The notes beneath the pieces were generated by a model that did not search any database, was not told the origin of the DNA, and saw nothing but the letters and a program-made list of their open reading frames with translations. Made by a program: the position numbers and the translations under genes. From positions 14,958 through 78,957 of the forward strand of contig JAWKNX010000014.1 of assembly GCA_041391465.1 (NCBI GenBank): 64,000 nt of DNA. The letters run 5' to 3'. Position 1 is the stretch's first letter, and every line of letters starts with the position of its first letter. This DNA is from Bdellovibrionales bacterium. Its GTDB lineage: Bacteria > Bdellovibrionota > Bdellovibrionia > Bdellovibrionales > UBA1609. Positions 1 through 7,221 of the stretch are shown here, one piece after another.

Positions 1-288
1 GCGGTCTACTCCTCCTGCTGCATAGTAGGCAGGACGAATTAAAAACTCGCCTAAGTGTTGAACGTAGTTGTCGGGCCGACCTTTCTTGGCAAAGTGGAGG
101 AACAACGCCAATCCCAGCGTTGTTCCCCACACAAGCGGATACGGAAAGGAAGTCCCACCAAACACCAAATTCGTAATCGCAAGATTGAAGAAGATGAGAA
201 GCAAATCTGGGAGTTCATATCCAAAGAGTTTGCTTTTCATTTCTAGTGCGCGAGGCACTCTGGTTGTGATGAGCCCTTCTTCTTCCAT
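1..288 (-). CDS. TraL/VirB3-like small type IV secretion membrane protein (first 96 codons; runs off left edge)
   Basis: Not in the ORF track because it is open at position 1. Own translation from ATG at 288 (GGAGGAG Shine-Dalgarno just upstream, 9 nt after the pilin stop) gives MEEEGLITTRVPRALEMKSKLFGYELPDLLLIFFNLAITNLVFGG...KKGRPDNYVQHLGEFLIRP, with no stop to the edge. The position right after a VirB2-type pilin gene fits VirB3/TraL. Confidence 0.45.
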   Translation of the reverse strand, partial: MEEEGLITTRVPRALEMKSKLFGYELPDLLLIFFNLAITNLVFGGTSFPYPLVWGTTLGLALFLHFAKKGRPDNYVQHLGEFLIRPAYYAAGGVDR

Positions 289-297
289 TACTCCTCC

Positions 298-585
298 TTA
301 ACGAACAGTTTGAGCGATAAAGTCCACAATCCCTTGTGCGCCAAAGCCGATAATGCAACCGATGATGGCGTAAGCGATGTGTTGTTTCGCATTTGGATTT
401 CCGGTGAAGAAAGAAATCCCGGCAATCGCAATCCCTATCACCGATAGCAGAGGGAGAATGACTCCCGTAAGCTTTGATTTAATGCCCATCAAACTTGTCT
501 CTAGCCCCGCGTGAGCAAGTTCAGGCATTAAGGTTCCTACTGCGGCGACCAACGCCAATGTCAGCACCATTTGTTTCTTATTCAT
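298..585 (-). CDS. TrbC/VirB2-family conjugative pilin
   Basis: 95 aa. Signal peptide MNKKQMVLTLALVAAVGTLMPELAHA, then two hydrophobic helices ending GFGAQGIVDFI. This is the typical TrbC/VirB2 size and topology. Confidence 0.7.
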   Translation of the reverse strand: MNKKQMVLTLALVAAVGTLMPELAHAGLETSLMGIKSKLTGVILPLLSVIGIAIAGISFFTGNPNAKQHIAYAIIGCIIGFGAQGIVDFIAQTVR

Positions 586-644
586 TCTTGTTCTCCTTCT
601 AAAACTGTTTTGTGACTCTCAAAGAGCTGCGCAAATAATAAAAT

Positions 645-1070
645 TTAAGCCGCCTCTAAAGCTGGAAGCCCCCCATGTGTTGCTGATTCTTCAGGGAAAA
701 TGCTCATATAGATTTTCTTTTCTAGTAGATCAAAATTCAGTTCGATCACGTTTTTACCAGACAGAACCTTGGCGTTACCGACAATGTTCCAAAAGTATTT
801 GTTTTTGCTTGAGCCAGATTTATTAGGCTCTCTCGTCATCAATAGATATTTGGACGAGTCGTCTTTGCTCGGCAGAAGAAAAAACTTATCTTCCAACAAC
901 GTCCAAAGACGAAGCGTATAAATGCCTTGGCCCTCTTTTAAATAGGCCATGCCTACAGTTTTCTTTTTAGAACCACTTTCAGCGCCGTCCACGAAAAGTT
1001 GAAATCGATAGAATTTGGTTGGCTTCATCTTTTCCATTTGAGTATCTAAAACTTCTTTCAGTGCTTTCAT
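645..1070 (-). CDS. hypothetical protein of the transfer module
   Basis: 141-aa ORF, same strand and tightly packed with the T4SS genes. No motif recognised. Confidence 0.45.
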   Translation of the reverse strand: MKALKEVLDTQMEKMKPTKFYRFQLFVDGAESGSKKKTVGMAYLKEGQGIYTLRLWTLLEDKFFLLPSKDDSSKYLLMTREPNKSGSSKNKYFWNIVGNAKVLSGKNVIELNFDLLEKKIYMSIFPEESATHGGLPALEAA

Positions 1071-1230
1071 GTTTGTTTTCTCCTAATAGGTTTTGGTAAA
1101 AATATTTTTCTTTGTTTCTTTTCATCAATTCATCCAGAGTGATCCACTCCGCATGATTTCCATTTCTAACTTGATAAATTCTTTCATCAGATTTGCTCGC
1201 AGATAGTTTTAATAGGTTTAGTAGTTTCAT
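979..1230 (-). CDS. small hypothetical protein (3' end uncertain)
   Basis: 83-aa ORF starting MKLLNLLKLSASK. It overlaps the next gene by 92 nt, so the extent is doubtful. Confidence 0.25.
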   Translation of the reverse strand: MKLLNLLKLSASKSDERIYQVRNGNHAEWITLDELMKRNKEKYFYQNLLGENKHESTERSFRYSNGKDEANQILSISTFRGRR

Positions 1231-1232
1231 CG

Positions 1233-1466
1233 TCAGCCCATTTGGTAGTTTGTCTGATCTTCAAGTGAGTCCCAATTGCAGTAGGTGCAATAAGGAGCTT
1301 CTGTCTGAAGATGAGTAACCCCTCCACATCGAGGGCAAACGTGTTTGCGCCCGACAATGCGAAAAAAAGTTACTTCGTCGTCAGGGATGAAATCGCAATC
1401 ATCCAGCTCCAGAACGTGAAGCTCTTTTCTTTGATTTTTAAACTTTGGCCTGAAGTAGCCATCCAT
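1233..1466 (-). CDS. small zinc-ribbon protein
   Basis: 77 aa with CPRCGG ... CTYC (two CxxC pairs). Same strand as the T4SS genes. Confidence 0.5.
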   Translation of the reverse strand: MDGYFRPKFKNQRKELHVLELDDCDFIPDDEVTFFRIVGRKHVCPRCGGVTHLQTEAPYCTYCNWDSLEDQTNYQMG

Positions 1467-1619
1467 AAATCCTCCTTTCTTTTTCGTTTCACGAGAGGAC
1501 TTAAGAGCAAGCTTGTGCCAAGGTTTTCAGATCACGCAGTTGGCGCGGAAAAAATGAGGCAAGTTTTTAAAATGATTTAGAAATCTAAGTTTCTGGCGAT
1601 TTTATGCCGCTGAGTGAAG

Positions 1620-1670
1620 GGTCTCTCATGCGTGAGAGATGACTGTGAGAAATGAGAGACCTTTGAGAGA
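1620..1670. repeat. TCTCTCA/TGAGAGA palindromic element (one TCTCTCA plus three TGAGAGA units)
   Basis: TCTCTCA at 1622-1628. TGAGAGA at 1633-1639, 1653-1659 and 1664-1670. Alternative hairpins are possible (7-bp stem/4-nt loop, or 9-bp GGTCTCTCA...TGAGAGACC). Lies just after the marR stop. Confidence 0.55.
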
Positions 1671-1679
1671 GACGAAACC

Positions 1680-2231
1680 CTAACTAGCAGTTAGGTCTTC
1701 ATGCTCTTTGCAGATTTTGTGAATATCTTGGAAGCTGAGTTTTTCTTTCGTTAGTCCGCACACAAAATTATTTTGCCCAACATTTTCATTAAACTTGCAA
1801 GACTTGCAAACTCCAAAACCACGAAAGCCATGTTTTTTTTGAATAGTAGTCAACAATACTTTTAGTTCTGGTGCGATAGTATCACTTCCATCAAGATCAA
1901 TAAACTTAGACATTCGCTTAACTACAGATGATCCTTTAGTTGTAAGCGATAGATGAAAGATTCTTTTGTCGACCTTATCCTGATTTTTTCTAATAAATCC
2001 ATTCTCTTCAAGATTGCCAAGACTTTGAGATATGCTTCCCTTTGTCTGACCGAGATATTCAGAAATCGCTTGTGTCGTGTCAGAATATCGATTGCAAACT
2101 GATAGATATTGAAGAATCTCAGCGTGGACGAGTTGAAGACTCTCTTCATTCGCAAATTGCCTCATTAAGTTTCTGTGGAGAGCAAAAACTCTTTCCAGCC
2201 ATTGACTTGTCGCGCCAGGGTTGTCGTTCAT
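1680..2231 (-). CDS. MarR-family transcriptional regulator with C-terminal Cys-rich extension
   Basis: Winged-helix region (AISEYLGQTKGSISQSLGNLEENGFIRK...DKRIFHLSLT). C-terminal tail has CKSC...C...C. Confidence 0.85.
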   Translation of the reverse strand: MNDNPGATSQWLERVFALHRNLMRQFANEESLQLVHAEILQYLSVCNRYSDTTQAISEYLGQTKGSISQSLGNLEENGFIRKNQDKVDKRIFHLSLTTKGSSVVKRMSKFIDLDGSDTIAPELKVLLTTIQKKHGFRGFGVCKSCKFNENVGQNNFVCGLTKEKLSFQDIHKICKEHEDLTAS

Positions 2232-2295
2232 ACTGATATAGTATCGAATCTAAACTTATTTGACAAGCCCTAAGTTATCAGTTAATTTAAATATG

Positions 2296-2310
2296 GTTTA
2301 GATTCTAAAC
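2296..2310. promoter_or_regulatory. candidate MarR operator palindrome GTTTAGA-T-TCTAAAC
   Basis: 7-bp perfect arms in the divergent marR/ahpD-like intergenic region. An extra half-site GAATCTAAAC lies at 2246-2255. Confidence 0.45.
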
Positions 2311-2351
2311 TATATTAACAGCGGCCTTCATCGGCTTAAAAGGAGACACTT

Positions 2352-2888
2352 ATGCCAAGAATTGAACTACAGAACCCACAGAACACAACAGGAGAGAAGA
2401 AAGAAATCCTCGATCAGATTCATTCAGCCTTTGGAACAACCCCGAATATGTTCAAAACTATCGCAAACTCAACCGCCGCTTTAAAAATGATGTGGTCGGC
2501 TTTTGGCGCACTTGGCGGCGGTAAATTAGGTGCAAAACTTGGTGAACAGATCGCTGTAGCAGTTGCAGACATTAATCGCTGTGAATACTGCCTGGCGGCC
2601 CATACTGCTCTCGGAAAAGGTGCGGGATTATCAAATGAAGTTATGTCCCAAGCTCAAGTTGGCAAATCAAATGATCCTAAGACCCAAGCAGCTCTAACTT
2701 TTGCAGTTAAGTTGGTTAAAGAAAGAGCCAATGTTGCACCGGACGATATAGCAGCTCTCAAGAAAGCTGGATATTCAGACGAAGATATTGCGGAAATATT
2801 AGCTCATGTCGCTCTTAATATTTTCACTAACTATACCAATGTTGCATTCGACGTCCCTGTTGACTTCCCGAAGGTGGCACTAAGCTAA
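2352..2888 (+). CDS. carboxymuconolactone decarboxylase / AhpD-like alkylhydroperoxidase family protein
   Basis: 178 aa with the CEYCLAAH (CxxC-x2-H) AhpD-type motif. Confidence 0.8.
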   Translation: MPRIELQNPQNTTGEKKEILDQIHSAFGTTPNMFKTIANSTAALKMMWSAFGALGGGKLGAKLGEQIAVAVADINRCEYCLAAHTALGKGAGLSNEVMSQAQVGKSNDPKTQAALTFAVKLVKERANVAPDDIAALKKAGYSDEDIAEILAHVALNIFTNYTNVAFDVPVDFPKVALS

Positions 2889-3385
2889 TGAAACCGCCAG
2901 AGCTTATTGTTTCTAAATGGCTTAACACCAACCAGAACCTTTCGTTAGAAAAATTGAAGGGCAAGGTTGTTGCTATCCATGCATTCCAAATGCTTTGTCC
3001 TGGGTGTGTCCTACACGGGATACCCCAGGCTCAAAGACTTTATGAAACTTTTAGTCAAGAATTCGTCGAGGTGCTGGGCCTACACACTGTTTTTGAACAT
3101 CACGAAGGAATGCAAGAGGCTTCTTTAAGGGCTTTTTTGCATGAATTTAGAGTTTCATTCGCGGTTGGAATAGATCGACCATCGAAAGGAAGGGATATTC
3201 CAGAGACGATGAATATGTATCAAATGCGTGGGACGCCAACTTGGATCGTCATCGATAAAAAAGGTGAGTTAAAAATCCATTCTTTTGGAAAGATAGACGA
3301 CATCATTCTTGGTGCCGAAGTCTCAAGACTCGCTTTAGAAGATTTACCTTCAAACACTAACATTTTTAAAAAGGATAAAAAATGA
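2888..3385 (+). CDS. thioredoxin-fold redoxin (TlpA/peroxiredoxin-like)
   Basis: LKGKVVAIHAFQMLCPGCVLHG: CPGC active site in a redoxin context. ATGA-type start/stop overlap with the upstream gene. Confidence 0.7.
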   Translation: MKPPELIVSKWLNTNQNLSLEKLKGKVVAIHAFQMLCPGCVLHGIPQAQRLYETFSQEFVEVLGLHTVFEHHEGMQEASLRAFLHEFRVSFAVGIDRPSKGRDIPETMNMYQMRGTPTWIVIDKKGELKIHSFGKIDDIILGAEVSRLALEDLPSNTNIFKKDKK

Positions 3386-4044
3386 AACAGCTATTACTCA
3401 TCTGCACCCTATTCATTAACTTAGTAAATGTCGATGCCGTTTTTGCAAACGAAGCCAACACAAAAATACCCGGCTATGATTTGCACTCAAAGAAATTGGC
3501 AACATCGCCAGTTAGCTTAAAGGATTTAGAATCACTGAAGAAATCACTTCTTTTCGGAGAAGAGGACATCAAGGCATTAAGAATGAGCAAGGCAATTCTA
3601 GCCGATCAAACTGAAGCCATTCTAGATGTATGGTATGGCTTTGTAGCCTCAACTCCTGAGTTGGTCTATTTTTTTAAAAATAATAAAACTGGGCAGCCTG
3701 ATGGTGACTATTTGGCTGCTGTAAGGAAGCGATTTGCACAGTGGATTTTAGATACTGCTGATGCAAATTACGATCAAACCTGGCTTAACTATCAACATGA
3801 AATTGGCCTTCGCCATGCTCCAGCAAAGAAGAATAAAACTGACAAAGCTAATAGCGTTAAGTTGGTAAATTTTAGATACATCCCAGCCCTAACCATCCCT
3901 GTGACGACAACACTGAAGCCCTTTCTGGCAAAGAAAGGTGCTAAGGCTGAAGATGTAGAAAAAATGCACCAAGCCTGGGTTAAATCAGTTTTGCTGCAAA
4001 GTATTCTTTGGAGTCAACCCTACATTAAGAGTGGACAATTCTAA
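3382..4044 (+). CDS. protoglobin-like (globin-sensor-type) domain protein with N-terminal signal peptide
   Basis: MKQLLLICTLFINLVNVDAVFA signal-like N-terminus. EEDIKALR...ILDVWYGFV...YQHEIGLRH resembles the protoglobin/globin-coupled-sensor fold, including an IG-x-x-H proximal-His-like motif. Confidence 0.55.
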   Translation: MKQLLLICTLFINLVNVDAVFANEANTKIPGYDLHSKKLATSPVSLKDLESLKKSLLFGEEDIKALRMSKAILADQTEAILDVWYGFVASTPELVYFFKNNKTGQPDGDYLAAVRKRFAQWILDTADANYDQTWLNYQHEIGLRHAPAKKNKTDKANSVKLVNFRYIPALTIPVTTTLKPFLAKKGAKAEDVEKMHQAWVKSVLLQSILWSQPYIKSGQF

Positions 4045-4054
4045 CGGATAACAA

Positions 4055-4375
4055 ATGTTTGAAAAAGTAACTCTTGATAAGTTTCTCTCGCTTAATGAAT
4101 TGGACAAAACATCCTTGCTCTTTATTAAGGAGCAGGGATGCAGGTACTGTGAAATTGCCGAAAGCGAGATGAGATCTGTAGGCCTTGCAGCGATTTTGCC
4201 AACAATCAACTTTTTTGAGGTCTCAATAAATGATGATCCCTCGGTAACAACAAGACTAGGTTTAACGGGGGTCCCTGCATTTTTTAAAGTCGACCGATCT
4301 GGTAAAAAAAGACTGAGGACTGGATTTGAAGGTATTGCGGGACTTACTAACTTTATATTGTCGAAAATCGAATAG
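4055..4375 (+). CDS. thioredoxin-family protein
   Basis: 106 aa with a CRYC (CxxC) motif after a beta-strand-like stretch and a GVPAFF motif. Confidence 0.65.
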   Translation: MFEKVTLDKFLSLNELDKTSLLFIKEQGCRYCEIAESEMRSVGLAAILPTINFFEVSINDDPSVTTRLGLTGVPAFFKVDRSGKKRLRTGFEGIAGLTNFILSKIE

Positions 4376-4384
4376 TGAGGTTAT

Positions 4385-4684
4385 GTGAATAGAACCGTTT
4401 TTCCCTCTACCAAAAATGAAGTTCTTTACGGACTATTTAAAACTAACCATTCAAAATCAAACGGACCCTATGAGCCCGTTGATTGTGATTTCACCGACGA
4501 TCTCGAATTCGTTTCAATTAAGAAAATTCTTGTTGAAGTAAAATTCTGGAGCATAAATGGTGGCCTTCAAGATAGTTCCGGCTATGTTGTCGATATTTTC
4601 ACCGAAAACAAGGAAGAGTTTATAGTTTTATCTAGTTCTATTCAAATTCGACTCGACCTAATTTTTCAGATCAGGATCATCTGA
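4385..4684 (+). CDS. Rof-like (Rho-binding antiterminator family) small protein
   Basis: YEPVDCDFTDDLEF...GYVVDIFTENKEEFIVL...IRLDLI matches the Rof pattern Y-x-P-x-x-CD-x-x-D-x-LE ... D ... E ... LD. GTG start. Confidence 0.5.
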   Translation: MNRTVFPSTKNEVLYGLFKTNHSKSNGPYEPVDCDFTDDLEFVSIKKILVEVKFWSINGGLQDSSGYVVDIFTENKEEFIVLSSSIQIRLDLIFQIRII

Positions 4685-5463
4685 TGAATAACAGTTGGTG
4701 CTCAGATGATTCTTGCGAAATCAATATAACTCCAGAAGAGGTAGCTTTGCGCAACCTGAGACTCTTTCAAACAAAAATCAAACAAATATGCATAGATCAT
4801 GGACGGAAGCCGGATGCATGCAGGGTTTTGCCAGTCTCAAAGACAATCCCTCAAGAAGTACTACGCTATTTTTGTAAGAATGGAGAAAAAGTATTTGGTG
4901 AAAATAAAGTTCAAGAGCTTGAGAGTAAGTATACTGGTTTAAGTGATCAAGACCCCGAGTGGCACTTCATAGGACATTTGCAATCCAATAAGGTTAAGAA
5001 CTGTATCAAGCTCGCCACAATGGTACATTCAGTTGATCGTCTCAAACTGGCAGTCGAAATGGATAGATGTTTGCAGCGTGCGGGTAAGAGTATGCCCATA
5101 CTTATTCAAGTGAATACTTCGGGCGAAGCCTCAAAGTTCGGAGTTAGTCCAGAGCAGCTTATTGGATTAGCTAGGGAAATTAGAAAATTCGACACATTAA
5201 AAATAAAAGGACTTATGACGCTTGCAGTTTTATCGAGAAGCACGCCACTGGTTCGACGCTGTTTTCAAGAGCTAAAAGCTTTAGCAGAAAGAATCCAGAA
5301 TGAAGCTATTATGGACGTTGATATGTCAGAATTATCGATGGGAATGACTTCAGACTTTGAAGTTGCGGTTCAGGAGGGCGCAACCATAGTTCGGATTGGC
5401 CAGGGTATCTTTGGACCTAGAGGCTTACCTGACTCGCACTACTGGAATGAGGAGTCTAAATAG
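4684..5463 (+). CDS. yggS: YggS-family pyridoxal-phosphate homeostasis protein
   Basis: VLPVSKT (PLP lysine), GENKVQE, WHFIGHLQSNKVK, SMGMTSDF and RIGQGIFG motifs. Confidence 0.85.
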   Translation: MNNSWCSDDSCEINITPEEVALRNLRLFQTKIKQICIDHGRKPDACRVLPVSKTIPQEVLRYFCKNGEKVFGENKVQELESKYTGLSDQDPEWHFIGHLQSNKVKNCIKLATMVHSVDRLKLAVEMDRCLQRAGKSMPILIQVNTSGEASKFGVSPEQLIGLAREIRKFDTLKIKGLMTLAVLSRSTPLVRRCFQELKALAERIQNEAIMDVDMSELSMGMTSDFEVAVQEGATIVRIGQGIFGPRGLPDSHYWNEESK

Positions 5464-5478
5464 TGAGAACAGCTAGTT

Positions 5479-5508
5479 TCTCTCATTTTTGAGAGACTCT
5501 CTCAAAAA
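5479..5508 (+). terminator. hairpin/palindrome after yggS built from TCTCTCA/TGAGAGA units
   Basis: TCTCTCA-TTTT-TGAGAGA (5479-5496) overlaps the palindrome TTTTTGAGAGA-C-TCTCTCAAAAA (5486-5508). No clean T-tract, so terminator function is uncertain. Confidence 0.4.
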
Positions 5509-5670
5509 TGTGGAATCACTTTGGCCCTGACGAGCCCATTGTAGCCATGTAAAAAGTGCAATAGTTCATTTCTTAAACCGTTAGAACAAATAAATAACCC
5601 TTTGGAAAAACTAAAGAATACCCTTCATTTGCCATTTAAATAGCAATGGAATAAATAAGACCTGTTGTTT

Positions 5671-5686
5671 TGGCACAACACTCGCA
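5671..5686 (+). promoter_or_regulatory. sigma-54 (-24/-12) promoter
   Basis: TGGCACAACACTCGCA: GG and GC elements at canonical spacing, about 40 nt upstream of the SBP start. The operon encodes a sigma-54 activator. Confidence 0.6.
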
Positions 5687-5727
5687 ATTAGGAGGACTCA
5701 TCTTGAACTGCCAATAAGGGGTAGCAA

Positions 5728-7221
5728 ATGTTTTTCGGGGGAAGACCATTATCTATTTTTGTAGCGATTGGATTTTTAATCCTCGCCCCAGCTTTTGCCC
5801 AAAATACAACCCCAGCTTACGTCAAAGCGATTTACTCACTCCCGCTTTCACTTGATCCCATTAAAATGAACGACACGGCATCACTGGCCGTTGGAAACTT
5901 AATCTATGATGGGCTTTTGAAGTTTTCTCCGTCGTTGAAGATTGAAGGCGCATTGGCCGATTCATGGTCAACAAGTAAGGACGGAAAAACTCTAACTTTT
6001 AAGCTTAAGAAAAATATCTTTTTTCATAACAATGAGGCCATCACAGCTTTCGATGCTGAGTCTTCGCTCAAACGTGCGCTGGCACCAGAAAGTACAGTTC
6101 GTAAATTTTATGACTCTATCAAGCGGATTCACGCGGTTGATGAGCGCATCCTTGAAATTGAACTGAATTATCCTTTTCCACCGTTCTTGTCGGTGCTTGC
6201 CGGAGCAACAGCAAAAGTTCTGCCGAAATCGAAACTATCTGATCCAAAGTTCTTTGATGCTCCCGTGGGCTCTGGAGCATTTGCGTTTGATTCACTAGAT
6301 CAGGAGAAAAAAGAGATCACGCTTAATGCCTTTGCTCAGTATTACGGTGGGAAGGCAAAGATTGAGCGCATGGTTTTAAAAGAAACTTCAGAAGCTGATG
6401 CTATGAAGTTAGCTCGCAGTGGACAGATGCACGATCTTGCAAGCTGGCCATTAACTGAAACGGATTCTATCTTCACCGAGGGTCAGAAAATATCAAGCCC
6501 AGTGGCCTCGACATGGATCATTGGAATAAACACTCTTAGAGCTCCATTTAATAAACTGAAGGTGCGCCAGTCCTTTAAAGTCAGTTTTCCTGTGGGTGAT
6601 TTTCGTAACAAATTTTATCCCGACTCAGTTAAGGCCAATGGCTACATTCCTAACGGCTTAACGGGCTCTCAGGTAAGAGTTGATCTTTCCGTGAATGTAC
6701 AGCCCTCAAAGGACAAAATTGTAATCGCAGTCCCCGTAGAACTTGCTCGTGCCAATGAAATGAAGGCGATGATTGAAACTTCTATGAAGGCAAAAGGCTG
6801 GAATGTGGAAGTCGCTCTTATGAAGTGGGACTTGCTGATGGAGGGCTACTCCAAGAAGTCCCACCAAGCGTTTCTAGTGGCGATGAACATGGATTATCCT
6901 GATGCTGATTTTCTTTTGAAAAACTTTGAGTCCGACAATTCAGATAATTTTTCTGGTCTCAAAAATAAAAAACTCGATGATTTGATTAAAAAATCTCGCG
7001 CCACTCAGGACAGAGCACTGCGTGAGGTCTATTACAAGGATGCCTTAAAGCTATTAGAGGTTTCAGCCATAACTGTTAATCTATTTCATCCGAGAGCCAA
7101 TTACTGGATTTCAAAGTGCGTAGAAAATTTTAAGCCCAACATTTTGTCGGACGTCTATATTGATTACTCGAAAGTAAGCTTTTCATCGAAGTGCTCATCA
7201 CCACAGGTGGTTTCTCGATGA
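5728..7221 (+). CDS. ABC-type substrate-binding protein, family 5 (peptide/nickel type), secreted
   Basis: 497 aa with a signal peptide. LDPIKMNDTASLAVGNLIYDGLLKF is typical of the SBP_bac_5 N-terminal region. Confidence 0.75.
   Translation: MFFGGRPLSIFVAIGFLILAPAFAQNTTPAYVKAIYSLPLSLDPIKMNDTASLAVGNLIYDGLLKFSPSLKIEGALADSWSTSKDGKTLTFKLKKNIFFHNNEAITAFDAESSLKRALAPESTVRKFYDSIKRIHAVDERILEIELNYPFPPFLSVLAGATAKVLPKSKLSDPKFFDAPVGSGAFAFDSLDQEKKEITLNAFAQYYGGKAKIERMVLKETSEADAMKLARSGQMHDLASWPLTETDSIFTEGQKISSPVASTWIIGINTLRAPFNKLKVRQSFKVSFPVGDFRNKFYPDSVKANGYIPNGLTGSQVRVDLSVNVQPSKDKIVIAVPVELARANEMKAMIETSMKAKGWNVEVALMKWDLLMEGYSKKSHQAFLVAMNMDYPDADFLLKNFESDNSDNFSGLKNKKLDDLIKKSRATQDRALREVYYKDALKLLEVSAITVNLFHPRANYWISKCVENFKPNILSDVYIDYSKVSFSSKCSSPQVVSR

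Noticed and set aside
55-301. Plus-strand track ORFs 55-246 and 68-301
   Set aside because: They lie antisense to a better-supported minus-strand gene: strong Shine-Dalgarno sequence, membrane-protein sequence, operon position after the pilin gene. They have no start context or recognisable motifs.
1501-1530. Sigma-54-like TTGGCACAAGCTTGCT on the minus strand upstream of the zinc-ribbon gene
   Set aside because: The GG-to-GC spacing is one nucleotide shorter than the invariant -24/-12 distance, so I do not call it a promoter. It may be worth a look only if the region was mis-sequenced.
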